Positions 1-9,002 of a stretch of DNA of 64,000 bases are shown here, piece after piece. Within the stretch, counting starts at the first letter, position 1; the number at the start of each line of letters is the position of its first letter. Below the pieces are notes generated by a model, which worked only from the letters and a program-made list of their open reading frames with translations, was not told the origin of the DNA and did not search any database. A program made the position numbers and the translations under genes. Origin of the DNA: an uncultured Candidatus Binatia bacterium (GTDB lineage: Bacteria > Desulfobacterota > Binatia > Bin18); NCBI GenBank assembly GCA_965214605.1, contig OZ243961.1, positions 2,592,001 to 2,656,000 of the forward strand, written 5' to 3'.

Positions 1-350
1 AAGCCGCCGACTGTAACCTGTTCGGGGTTGGGCGGATCGAGCGGCAGCCACTGACTGTTCTTACCCAAAATGGCCTGGAGTTGCGAGACACGCATACCCG
101 CCTCGACCGTGATCGTCATATCGGTCGGTTGGTAATCTCGCAGCTGATTCAGCCGCTCCAAACACAGCGCGAGATCATAGCGGCGTGGGCGAGCGCCCAG
201 GTGCAAAAACGCTCCTACCCCAACCGGAGCGACCGCGAGTTTGCGCTCTCCGGCATTCCGCAACACCGACGCCACCTGCTCAACCGAGGTTGAAAACACC
301 ACTTCGTGCGGCGCAGTGCCGTCAATCGCAAACCGTCCTCCACCCTCCAT
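1..350 (-). CDS. glcE: FAD-binding oxidoreductase, glycolate oxidase GlcE-like (5' part; runs off window start)
   Basis: Manual translation from ATG 350: MEGGGRFAIDGTAPHEVVFST...DYQPTDMTITVEAG...WLPLDPPNPEQVTVGG; directly downstream of glcD. Confidence 0.8.
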   Translation of the reverse strand, partial: MEGGGRFAIDGTAPHEVVFSTSVEQVASVLRNAGERKLAVAPVGVGAFLHLGARPRRYDLALCLERLNQLRDYQPTDMTITVEAGMRVSQLQAILGKNSQWLPLDPPNPEQVTVGG

Positions 351-369
351 GACCCACCCCTCTTCTCGC

Positions 370-1797
370 TCACAACGGGACTTGGCGGCGCGGTGCCCTC
401 ACATCGATACAGCCCGTCCCGGGCGTGGGAATAATCTTATGTGGGTTACACCGATTGTCGGGATTAAACACCGCCCGCAGCTCGCTCATACACAGCAGGT
501 CCTCAGGGCTAAAGATCAATGGCATTTGGGCCCGCTTCTCAACGCCAATGCCGTGCTCGCCGGTCAGGCTCCCACCGAGATCAACGCACGTTTTTAGAAT
601 TTCCTGGCCGGCCTGCACCACTCGCTCGGCCTCACCCGGATTGCGCTCGTCGTACATCAGAATGGGATGAATATTGCCATCTCCGGCGTGAAAGACGTTG
701 GCAATGCGCAAATTGTATTTCTCGGCGACCGCGGCAATGGCACGCAGGATATCCGCCACCTTGGTACGCGGCACCACGCCGTCCTGGGTACAATAATTGG
801 GGGCTAAGCGACCCACCGCACCAAACGCCCGCTTACGGCTGGTCCACAGCGCCACACGCTCAGCATCGTCCTTGGCCACCCGCACTTCGCGGGCGCTGTT
901 GTGCCGACAGATGTCCATAATCCGGTGTGTTTGGGGCTCAAGGCCTGCCTCTAAGCCGTCTAGCTCAATAATCAGAACCGCCTCGGCATCGGTCGGAAAC
1001 CCAAAATGAAAGGCGGCTTCAACAGCCTGAATAATAAGCCGGTCCATCATTTCTAAGGCTGCCGGCACAATACCGGCGGCAATAATGTCCGATACGGTCT
1101 GGGTCGCCTGGTGGACCGACTCAAAGACGCCTAGAAACGTGCGGTAGGCCTGAGGTTGCCGGGTCAGGCGCAGCGTGGCCTCAGTCACCACTCCGAACGT
1201 CCCCTCGGCCCCGATCGTGATCCCTCGCAGATCATAGCCCGGCATGTCTTCGATCGCCCCGCCGAGTGTGGCGAGTTCCCCGTTCGGTAGTACCAACTCC
1301 AGGCCCAGGACATGGTTGGTCGTCACGCCATATTTCAGAGTGTGGGGTCCGCCCGAGTTCTCAGCCACATTGCCGCCGATGGTACACGCCTGCTGGCTCG
1401 ACGGATCGGGCGCGTAGTGCAGCCCCTCGTTTTTGACAGCGTTGCTGACCCACAGGTTGACGACTCCAGCCTCGGCAACAATATAGCGGTTGGTCAGATC
1501 AATGTGCTTGATCGTGTTCAAGCGGCTAGTGCCGATCATGACCGGCGCCTCGACGGGTAGACACCCCCCGCTCAGCCCGGTGCCCGCCCCGCGCGGGACA
1601 AAGGCGATGTTCTCTTTGTGCAGGAATTTGACGACCGCGACCGTTTCTTGGGTCGAGCGTGGCAGCACGACCACCTCGGGAACCGACTTCTCCAGGGTGT
1701 AGCCGTCGCACTCATAAGTCGCTAAGGCCCGCGAGTTGACCACTAGCCCGTCTGACCCAACAATCTCGCCCAGACGCTTAACCGTACTCGCATCCAT
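370..1797 (-). CDS. glcD: Glycolate oxidase subunit GlcD / FAD-linked oxidase
   Basis: PRGAGTGLSGG, YAPDPSSQQACTIGGNVAENSGGPHTLKYG, HAGDGNIHP, GEHGIG motifs. Confidence 0.9.
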   Translation of the reverse strand: MDASTVKRLGEIVGSDGLVVNSRALATYECDGYTLEKSVPEVVVLPRSTQETVAVVKFLHKENIAFVPRGAGTGLSGGCLPVEAPVMIGTSRLNTIKHIDLTNRYIVAEAGVVNLWVSNAVKNEGLHYAPDPSSQQACTIGGNVAENSGGPHTLKYGVTTNHVLGLELVLPNGELATLGGAIEDMPGYDLRGITIGAEGTFGVVTEATLRLTRQPQAYRTFLGVFESVHQATQTVSDIIAAGIVPAALEMMDRLIIQAVEAAFHFGFPTDAEAVLIIELDGLEAGLEPQTHRIMDICRHNSAREVRVAKDDAERVALWTSRKRAFGAVGRLAPNYCTQDGVVPRTKVADILRAIAAVAEKYNLRIANVFHAGDGNIHPILMYDERNPGEAERVVQAGQEILKTCVDLGGSLTGEHGIGVEKRAQMPLIFSPEDLLCMSELRAVFNPDNRCNPHKIIPTPGTGCIDVRAPRRQVPL

Positions 1798-1806
1798 ACA
1801 CGCTCC

Positions 1807-2266
1807 TTAGCGATCAGTCTGTGGCCTGCGCTGAATCATTCGCTTGACCGTATAGCGCAGCAATACCTCATCTTTGGCGTTGACCACCTGCTGCGCAAAG
1901 GTGATGACGCCTCGGTCAGGTTTGCTCGTTTCCCGCTTGGACAAGACCTTGATCTTAACCCGTACCGTATCCCCGCAGCGCAGCGGAGCCGCTATTTGCA
2001 TCTCTTCAATCCCCCAACAGGGCCAGTCCGCCCCGCGCTAAGCCAGCCTGAATCATCAGGCCTTCCGACAGCGAAAAGGTAAACGCGCCTGGGGCGATCC
2101 GGCTGCCAAAGAGGCTGTGGTGCTTGACAAATTCCATGTCGATGAACAGCGGCTCGGTGAAGCCAAACAGATTCACGAAGTTGATGATGTCGGTCTCCGT
2201 CACGGTACGCGAGGCGGTCTCGTATTCGGTCCCCAGCTCGTACTCTTCGTAATACTCGACGGCCAT
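1807..2266 (-). pseudogene. MaoC-family dehydratase split by a +1 frameshift (possible sequencing error)
   Basis: ORFs 2006-2266 and 1807-2001 join into one hot-dog fold (SRTVTETDI...LLG|IEEMQIAAPLRCGDTV) if one base is removed from the C5 run at 2011-2015. Confidence 0.8.
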
Positions 2267-2366
2267 GGCCCCTCCTTACCCGAGTCGCAAGTGTTATGGG
2301 TTCCGGTGGGGAAGTCAACAGGGCGGGAGTTGACAAAAATACCCGGCTCCCGCTTATTACAATGCT

Positions 2367-3446
2367 ATGAAAAAGCGAGTCGCTGTTGTCGGGGCTACCG
2401 GTATTGCGGGACAGCAATTTCTGGTTGCTCTCGAAAATCATCCCTGGTTTGAGGTACGTCTCTTAGCCGCCTCACAGCGATCAGCCGGGAAAACCTACGC
2501 TGAAGCAATTCGGGATGCGAAGACGGGTGCCCGACAGTGGTGGTGCCAGGAAGAACCGCCACAGCAGATGCTGTCGCTACAGGTGCATGAGGCGTCGTCA
2601 ATCGATCTGAGCGGCATTGATCTGGTATTCTCCGCAGTCGAGTCAGGACCGGCCCAGGAACTAGAGCCCTTGTATGCTGCCACCACACCGGTCGTCAGTG
2701 CCGCTTCCGCCTTCCGCTATGAAGCCGACGTACCGCTCCTGATTCCAGGCATCAACCTGAATCATATCCGCCTGATCGACAGCCAGCAAAAAAACCGGGG
2801 CTGGGCCGGCTATATTGCGACCCAACCCAACTGTACCACGATTGGCTTGGCGATTACGCTCAAACCCTTGTGTGACGCTTTTGGCCTGCAAAAAGTCATT
2901 ATGACCTCGATGCAGGGCTTGTCTGGGGCTGGACGCTCGCCCGGCGTCATCGGGCTCGACGTTGTGGATAACATCATCCCTTTTATCTCAGGCGAAGAGG
3001 AAAAGGTTGAAAAAGAAACCCAAAAGATTCTGGGCAGCTTGTCGGCCGTTACGATCACACCGGCGGATTTTTCGGTCAGCGCTACCTGCACTCGGGTAGC
3101 CGTACTTGAGGGACATACCGAATCGGTCCTGGCCGTGATGGACAGGCCATGCTCGGTTGACGAGGCGCGGGCAGCCATGCTCGCCTTTGGCCGCGAATTT
3201 GGCAATCTGGGCCTTCCCTCAGCGCCCAAGCAGATGATTATCCTCCATGACGACCCGTTCCGGCCCCAGCCCCGTTTAGACCGCGATGCCGAAGACGGCA
3301 TGGCGACCTCAGTTGGACGGTTTCGGGCTGATAATGCGCTGGACAATGCGGTCAAATACCTGCTCGTCAGCCATAATACCAAAATGGGTGCAGCCAAGGG
3401 GGCGGTGTTGACGGCCGAGTATCTCCATCAGCAGGGTTACGTCTGA
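2367..3446 (+). CDS. asd: Aspartate-semialdehyde dehydrogenase (archaeal/fungal-like type)
   Basis: VGATGIAGQ, catalytic PNCTT, QGLSGAG, RVAVLEGHTE, HNTKMGAAKG. Confidence 0.92.
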   Translation: MKKRVAVVGATGIAGQQFLVALENHPWFEVRLLAASQRSAGKTYAEAIRDAKTGARQWWCQEEPPQQMLSLQVHEASSIDLSGIDLVFSAVESGPAQELEPLYAATTPVVSAASAFRYEADVPLLIPGINLNHIRLIDSQQKNRGWAGYIATQPNCTTIGLAITLKPLCDAFGLQKVIMTSMQGLSGAGRSPGVIGLDVVDNIIPFISGEEEKVEKETQKILGSLSAVTITPADFSVSATCTRVAVLEGHTESVLAVMDRPCSVDEARAAMLAFGREFGNLGLPSAPKQMIILHDDPFRPQPRLDRDAEDGMATSVGRFRADNALDNAVKYLLVSHNTKMGAAKGAVLTAEYLHQQGYV

Positions 3447-3467
3447 TCGGAATTTTTTCCCTCCCGC

Positions 3468-4874
3468 ATGCCGCCAGCTTACCAATCTGCAGACCTGCCC
3501 CCCAAGTCGGCCAGCTTCTGGCATCTGGCCGGGCCCGGCGCCGTCCTAGTCGGTCTGTCTATTGGTGCCGGTGAACTGGTTGTCTGGCCCCGCAATACCG
3601 CCCAGTTTGGCGCCAGTATGACCTGGGCGGCTGTACTGGGGGTGTTTGTTCAGCTGTGGATCAACTGCGAGGTTGGCCGCTATACGCTCGCCACGGGCGA
3701 GAGTATTTATGGCGGTTTTGCACGTATCTCCCGCCACTTTGCCTGGATCTTTCTGATACTCAATGTGTGCAGCTGGATTTTGCCCGGCTGGGCGCGGGCG
3801 TGTGGCGGAGCACTCAAAGTCCTCATTGTCGGTCCCCAGGGCTGGGGAGATCCCTGGGTGTGGACAACGATTACCTTTATCGGAGTCACAGCAGTCCTGT
3901 TTGGGCCAAAGCGGGTGTATGCTTCGCTGGAGCATACGGTTGAAGCCCTGGTGATCGTCATTACGGTCGGGCTGATTGTAATTGCGTTTTCGGTTGGCGG
4001 GGCGGCAACCTGGAAAGAGCTGGGTTGGGGGATGCTGAATATTCCGTATAAGGATCCGGATATGGCGGTGTACGCCCTATTCTCGTCGATCGTTTTTGCC
4101 GGGGCGGGAGGAACCGCAAATTTGTTCTTCTCATTTTATATCCGGGACAAGGGCTGGGGAATGGGCGCGCTGGTGCCAACAGTGCTCAACCCGCTGCGCG
4201 AACGCCAGGAGGCAACAGTCGAGCGGGCGTTTCAGGTCACGATCAGCACGCGCAATCTGCAACGCTGGAGGGCCTGGTTTCAGCATCTACAACTCGACCA
4301 GACACTCTTTTTCTGGCTGCTCAACACCCTCACCATCCTACTGTTCATCTACGGCGCGCTGGCCGTTCTCCACCCCCGCGGCATTATTCCCAATCAGGAG
4401 TTGTTGGTATGGCAGGAAGCCGAAATTCTGGGGAGCTTATGGGGATCGTCCGGCAAGCTCCTCTTTCTGTTGGTCGGCACCGCCTGCCTGTTTAGTACCC
4501 AGCTGACGCTGATTGACGGGGTCGCCCGTTCATGCGCGGATATTCTGCACACCAACTATACTTGGGCGCAGAAAAAACCGCTCAGTTGGTGGTATGCCAC
4601 AATTGCCCTAGCCTGGATTGTCGTTGGTATTGCCCTCACCTATGCTTATGAGAGCCTCCCACCCATCCTGTTCCTGTTGGGTTCAGCGTTTTTTGGCGGG
4701 ATTGCTATGGCTATCTACACACCGCTGGCCCTGGTCCTGAACCGAACCCGGCTGCCAGCCGAGTTACGACCCGGCCCACTACGATGCCTCCTTCTTGGGG
4801 CGATCAGTGCCTTCTATATTCTCTTCGCAGTGAGCTCAGTCATGCTGCTCGTCCACCGACTGTTCGTGCAGTAG
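3468..4874 (+). CDS. Nramp-like divalent metal / APC-superfamily transporter
   Basis: ~11 hydrophobic segments; GPGAVLVGLSIGAGELV, EVGRYTLATGES. Confidence 0.7.
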   Translation: MPPAYQSADLPPKSASFWHLAGPGAVLVGLSIGAGELVVWPRNTAQFGASMTWAAVLGVFVQLWINCEVGRYTLATGESIYGGFARISRHFAWIFLILNVCSWILPGWARACGGALKVLIVGPQGWGDPWVWTTITFIGVTAVLFGPKRVYASLEHTVEALVIVITVGLIVIAFSVGGAATWKELGWGMLNIPYKDPDMAVYALFSSIVFAGAGGTANLFFSFYIRDKGWGMGALVPTVLNPLRERQEATVERAFQVTISTRNLQRWRAWFQHLQLDQTLFFWLLNTLTILLFIYGALAVLHPRGIIPNQELLVWQEAEILGSLWGSSGKLLFLLVGTACLFSTQLTLIDGVARSCADILHTNYTWAQKKPLSWWYATIALAWIVVGIALTYAYESLPPILFLLGSAFFGGIAMAIYTPLALVLNRTRLPAELRPGPLRCLLLGAISAFYILFAVSSVMLLVHRLFVQ

Positions 4875-4881
4875 CCCATAG

Positions 4882-4912
4882 AAAAAGGGCGACCCCGGTG
4901 GTGGGCCGCCCT
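4882..4912 (-). terminator. Rho-independent terminator after atpE (possibly bidirectional)
   Basis: Minus strand AGGGCGGCCC-loop-GGGTCGCCCT followed by TTTT, between convergent genes. Confidence 0.7.
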
Positions 4913-4938
4913 CTGTTCATGGGTTCACTTTGGCCGAC

Positions 4939-5253
4939 TTAGACGCTGCCCGACAGGGTAAAAGCGATCACCAGGGCATAGATGGCCAGCGCCTCAATAA
5001 AGGCGATACCGATAATCATCGGCGTCTGAATCCGGTCGGCCGAACTCGGGTTACGGCCGATGGATTCCATCGCCGCAGCAACTGCCCGTCCCTGCCCCAA
5101 GCCAGCTCCAACCGCGGCAATGCCAACAGCGAGTCCTGCGGCTAGGGCAATCATGCCGCGCGATGAGTCGCCCCCCTCCGCGGCAAACGCCACACCGCTT
5201 GTGCTCAGCACCACGAGTGCCGCCAAGACGCCAAGACACCATACTCTCTTCAT
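4939..5253 (-). CDS. atpE: ATP synthase F0 subunit c with N-terminal leader
   Basis: GAGLGQG, IGRNP loop, FIEALAIY carboxylate; ATG at 5253 with AGGAG upstream. Confidence 0.93.
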   Translation of the reverse strand: MKRVWCLGVLAALVVLSTSGVAFAAEGGDSSRGMIALAAGLAVGIAAVGAGLGQGRAVAAAMESIGRNPSSADRIQTPMIIGIAFIEALAIYALVIAFTLSGSV

Positions 5254-5381
5254 ACCTCTACTCCTTTCTTTCCCCCCTAGCGGCAGAAACCTGGGCACGC
5301 CTCTCTTATCCTCCTCTCCCGTCCTCGCCCCTCCGCCGTCAGGATGGCTGGTTGGTAATCCTGTTTTTTCCTTAATCTGCC

Positions 5382-6083
5382 CTAGTGGCCGTCGTCATGG
5401 GCTACAGCCAGGGAGACGTACACCAGACTGAGCAGGGTGAACACAAAGGCCTGGACCAGGGAGACAAATGCCCCAAGAGCGTAGAATATCACCGGGATGC
5501 CGACCTTGGTCAGATCGGTGAAGATCTCCAAAACAACGTGATCACCGGTCATATTCCCGAACAGCCGCAGTCCCAGGGAAAAGGGCCGAACAAAGTTGTC
5601 AATCAGCTCCAGCGGAACCATCAGAAACCCGAGCCACCAGATCGGCCCGACAAAGTGTTTCAAATAGGCTAGGCCCTGTTCTCGAAAAGCGAAAAAATTG
5701 TAGGCCGTAAATGATAGCACACCAAGGGCGAAGGTGACATTAAAGTTGCTCGTTGGCGGAGAAAAGCCCGGCACGAGGCCAGTCAGATTGGCACAGAGAA
5801 TGAAGAGGAAAAAGCTGCCGTAGAGGTGGATATAGCGCCGGGCCTGGTGTCCGAGAACACCTTCCGCCATACCTGAGACGCCCTCAACCAACAGTTCGGC
5901 CATGTTCCGCAGGGTGAGCGAATCATCCGGAATGTTCGGGTCTGGGGCAGCGTCCATCTGTCGCTTGGCCCGGTAGGCCAAGAAAATAAGCAGGACGGTG
6001 ACAAGGAGAGAGGTGGCAATATGTCCTGGCAGGAGATTCAGCCCGGGAATAACAGAAACCCAGGTAAAGGGGTGATGATCCAT
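5382..6083 (-). CDS. atpB: ATP synthase F0 subunit a
   Basis: RPFSLGLRLFGNM and VQAFVFTLLS motifs. Confidence 0.95.
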   Translation of the reverse strand: MDHHPFTWVSVIPGLNLLPGHIATSLLVTVLLIFLAYRAKRQMDAAPDPNIPDDSLTLRNMAELLVEGVSGMAEGVLGHQARRYIHLYGSFFLFILCANLTGLVPGFSPPTSNFNVTFALGVLSFTAYNFFAFREQGLAYLKHFVGPIWWLGFLMVPLELIDNFVRPFSLGLRLFGNMTGDHVVLEIFTDLTKVGIPVIFYALGAFVSLVQAFVFTLLSLVYVSLAVAHDDGH

Positions 6084-6092
6084 GTCGCTCGC

Positions 6093-6476
6093 CTATGGGC
6101 ACGCTGTCTTAGATTTTTGTTCGGACAGGCCAACTATCACGCAGGCCAACAACAGTAAAGACACCCCTACGGCGAAGCTCTGCCCATGCACCGGATAGTG
6201 CAGCAAAAGGGCACCCAACAAAGCCAGAAAAAACACGCTCTTGGCCGCAAACCACAGGGCGGCGTGAGATTTTCCGGCCCAACCCTTGGGAGATGCAGAA
6301 AGCGCGCTGCGCACCAGCTTTTTGAGCAGCCAGAAATTGCCCTGCATAACGATCCCGCCCAGAATGAGGCTGAAAATATGTCCATATCCGACTAGCCAGC
6401 CAATCCCAGCGCTCAGACCGACAAGGAGGAGATTGAGCCGCTCAATTTTTTCTATGGTAGTGTGGTTGGTCCGCAT
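6093..6476 (-). CDS. atpI: ATP synthase protein I-like membrane protein
   Basis: Four hydrophobic segments, immediately upstream of atpB; start approximate. Confidence 0.65.
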   Translation of the reverse strand: MRTNHTTIEKIERLNLLLVGLSAGIGWLVGYGHIFSLILGGIVMQGNFWLLKKLVRSALSASPKGWAGKSHAALWFAAKSVFFLALLGALLLHYPVHGQSFAVGVSLLLLACVIVGLSEQKSKTACP

Positions 6477-6684
6477 GCCGAGACAAATGTTGGAGGACAA
6501 GAATCAGTCGATAGATCGCCCCGGCCATACCACCGACCGCGCCAAGAACGAGCAAGAGGGGAGCTGTTCCAAATAGGCCATCAAGGTAACGTCCTAGAAA
6601 GATTCCGGCCAGGACTGCTCCGGCAAACTCAAAACCCAAAGCGCCATATCGGCCGTAACTTAGAAGGGTGGTGGGAGAGGGCAT
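6442..6684 (-). CDS. AtpZ/AtpI-family small membrane protein
   Basis: GIFLGRYLDGLFGTAPLLLVLG motif; first gene of the F0 operon. Confidence 0.75.
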   Translation of the reverse strand: MPSPTTLLSYGRYGALGFEFAGAVLAGIFLGRYLDGLFGTAPLLLVLGAVGGMAGAIYRLILVLQHLSRHADQPHYHRKN

Positions 6685-6705
6685 ACCGAATTCCGTTTGG
6701 TAGTA

Positions 6706-7239
6706 AGTTATTCACACCTGTGGATAACCTGCTAACCCCTTATCATAAAACAAGTTTTTTGATCTTTTCCACAGGGTTTTCCACAGGATAGAAACACCAC
6801 ATCCGCCGGACTTCGCAAGGACGAGGGAGGAAGGTCATTTGTGGCGTTTTTCACCCAGTTATTCACACCTGTGGATAACCTGCTAACCCCTTATCATAAA
6901 ACAAGTTTTTTGATCTTTTCCACAGGGTTTTCCACAGGATAGAAACACCACATCCGCCGGACTTCGCAAGGACGAGGGAGGAAGGTCATTTGTGGCGTTT
7001 TTCACCCAGTTATTCACACCTGTGGATAACCTGCTAACCCCTTATCATAAAACAAGTTTTTTGATCTTTTCCACAGGGTTTTCCACAGGATAGAAACACC
7101 ACATCCGCCGGACTTCGCAAGGACGAGGGAGGAAGGGTCATTTGTGGCGTTTTTCACCCAGTTATTCACACCTGTGGATAACCTGCTAACCCCTTATCAT
7201 AAAACAAGTTTTTTGATCTTTTCCACAGGGTTTTCCACA
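6706..7239. repeat. Tandem repeat, 151-bp unit x ~3.5, four DnaA-box-like 9-mers per unit
   Basis: Units start at 6706, 6857, 7008, 7160; each has TTATTCACA-CC-TGTGGATAA...TTTTCCACA-GGG-TTTTCCACA; near identical (one extra G in unit 3). Confidence 0.95.
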
Positions 7240-7314
7240 AGCCCAGAGCTCACAAGGGGGACGGTGAGGTATAGACGAATTTTTTGATGATCTCGACAGC
7301 TGCAATGCCGAACT

Positions 7315-8601
7315 TCAAACCGCTCCAAGCCGCTGCATGACTTCTGTAGCGGCAAAGAGTGTTTCGTCAATCTCGGCCTCGCCATGGGCTAAGGAGACAA
7401 AAGCGGCCTCAAACTGGGAGGGAGGCAGATAGATGCCACGCTCAATCATCCCGTGAAAATAGCGGGCAAATGTCGCGGTGTCGCAACTGACGGCGCTGGT
7501 GTAATCCCGGACTTGGTCGATGCCAAAGAAGACGGTGATCATTGAACCGAGCTGATTGATGCAGGCCTGAACGCCAGCGTCCTGAACAGCCTTGCGTAAC
7601 CCTTCTGCTAGGCGGGTCCCCATTTCGTTTAAGCGCGCATACGCCCCTGGGGCGTTTATGAGTTTGAGCGTTTCAATGCCAGCCGTAACCGCTAAGGGGT
7701 TTCCCGACAGAGTCCCGGCCTGGTAAACCGGTCCGAGCGGGGCAAGACAGTCCATGATGTCCCGCTTGCCGCCGACCGCCGCCAGAGGCAGTCCACCGCC
7801 AATAACTTTGCCAAAACAGCTCAGGTCGGGATCTATACCGTACAGCTCCTGCGCTCCGCCGCGCGCTAGGCGAAACCCACTCATGACCTCGTCAAGGATG
7901 AGGACTACTCCGGCCTCTCTAGTCAGGCTTCTCAGGTCGGCCAAGAAACTCGGTTCGGGCAAGACAAGGCCCATGTTACCGGGAACGGGTTCGACAATAA
8001 CGGCGGCAACCGCGCCGGGATTGGCATTGATGTGCGCCTCAACGCTGGCAAGGTTGTTGAACTCAGCAATCAGGGTCTGACTGGCAAAGGCTTCGGGGAC
8101 CCCTTTGCTGTCAGGCTGGCTCAAAGTCAGCGCTCCCGACCCAGCTCGGACTAGCAGGGCGTCGGTATGTCCGTGGTAGCAACCGGCGAACTTGATAATT
8201 TTAGTCCGTTCCGTGTAGCCCCTGGCAATCCGCAGCGCGGTCATAGTCGCTTCGGTTCCAGACGAGGTGAGGCGAACCTTTTCAACTGAGGGAACGGCAT
8301 CAACGACCATCCGGGCCAGCTCAATCTCTTTGGCGGTTGGCGCGCCAAAACTTGTCCCACGTTTGACCACGTCCTCAAGGGCACGCACGACCTGGGGATG
8401 GGCATGGCCAGCAATCAGGGGGCCCCACGACCCAATATAGTCGATGTACTCTTTGTTATCGGCATCAACCACCCGGCAGCCATAACCACGCTGAATGAAG
8501 CACGGCGTTCCGTCTACCGCGCGCCAGGCGCGTGCCGGACTATTGACTCCGCCTGGTATGATTTCTTGGGCCTGGCGAAACAGCTTATCTGACGTGGACA
8601 T
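7315..8601 (-). CDS. hemL: Glutamate-1-semialdehyde 2,1-aminomutase
   Basis: PGGVNSPAR, SGTEATM, DEVMSGFR, FGKVIGGG, YQAGTLSGNP. Confidence 0.96.
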   Translation of the reverse strand: MSTSDKLFRQAQEIIPGGVNSPARAWRAVDGTPCFIQRGYGCRVVDADNKEYIDYIGSWGPLIAGHAHPQVVRALEDVVKRGTSFGAPTAKEIELARMVVDAVPSVEKVRLTSSGTEATMTALRIARGYTERTKIIKFAGCYHGHTDALLVRAGSGALTLSQPDSKGVPEAFASQTLIAEFNNLASVEAHINANPGAVAAVIVEPVPGNMGLVLPEPSFLADLRSLTREAGVVLILDEVMSGFRLARGGAQELYGIDPDLSCFGKVIGGGLPLAAVGGKRDIMDCLAPLGPVYQAGTLSGNPLAVTAGIETLKLINAPGAYARLNEMGTRLAEGLRKAVQDAGVQACINQLGSMITVFFGIDQVRDYTSAVSCDTATFARYFHGMIERGIYLPPSQFEAAFVSLAHGEAEIDETLFAATEVMQRLGAV

Positions 8602-8892
8602 AGCTCGTTTTCTGACCTCACGATGGGTTACTGTGTGCTAGCACTGGGCGGATGACGCGTCAAGGTAAAAAAATATTGTGCTGGAAAATCAGCGACTTCT
8701 CGCCCCCTACACTGCTTTGCTTGCATTGCTCATCAAAAAGGTCTAAACACCCTGAATTAACACCGAACTCATTCTCTTTTTTGAACAGACAATAGTGATG
8801 CTGTAGCAAATGGTCTTCTCCTTTCCTTCTCATTCCCATGGCTTGACGAGCCAGGATTCTCTGGGATGAGAGAAAGGGGGTGGGGAAGAAAT

Positions 8893-8976
8893 ATGTGGAA
8901 AAACGCGTGGAAATTGGAGGGAATTCCTTTTAAGGAATAGGGGGTTAGCAAGTTACTCACAGGTGTGGATAACTTG
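8893..8976. promoter_or_regulatory. DnaA-box cluster upstream of dnaA
   Basis: TGTGGAAAA, CGTGGAAAT, TTACTCACA, TGTGGATAA; inverted homologue of the first ~80 bp of the 151-bp unit. Confidence 0.8.
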
Positions 8977-9002
8977 CCGACAACCCGGGACGAGCATGTG
9001 GT

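Noticed and set aside
2006-2008. Third selenocysteine UGA in the MaoC gene
   Set aside because: The downstream homology is in another frame and the position is not a Cys site; this is a frameshift
6706-7239. CRISPR array
   Set aside because: Whole 151-bp units are near identical, there are no unique spacers and no cas genes; the content is DnaA boxes
8602-9002. rpmH or another small gene upstream of dnaA
   Set aside because: No L34-like (MKRT.QP) sequence; short ORFs here look spurious. recF is also absent between dnaN and gyrB, which is not unusual
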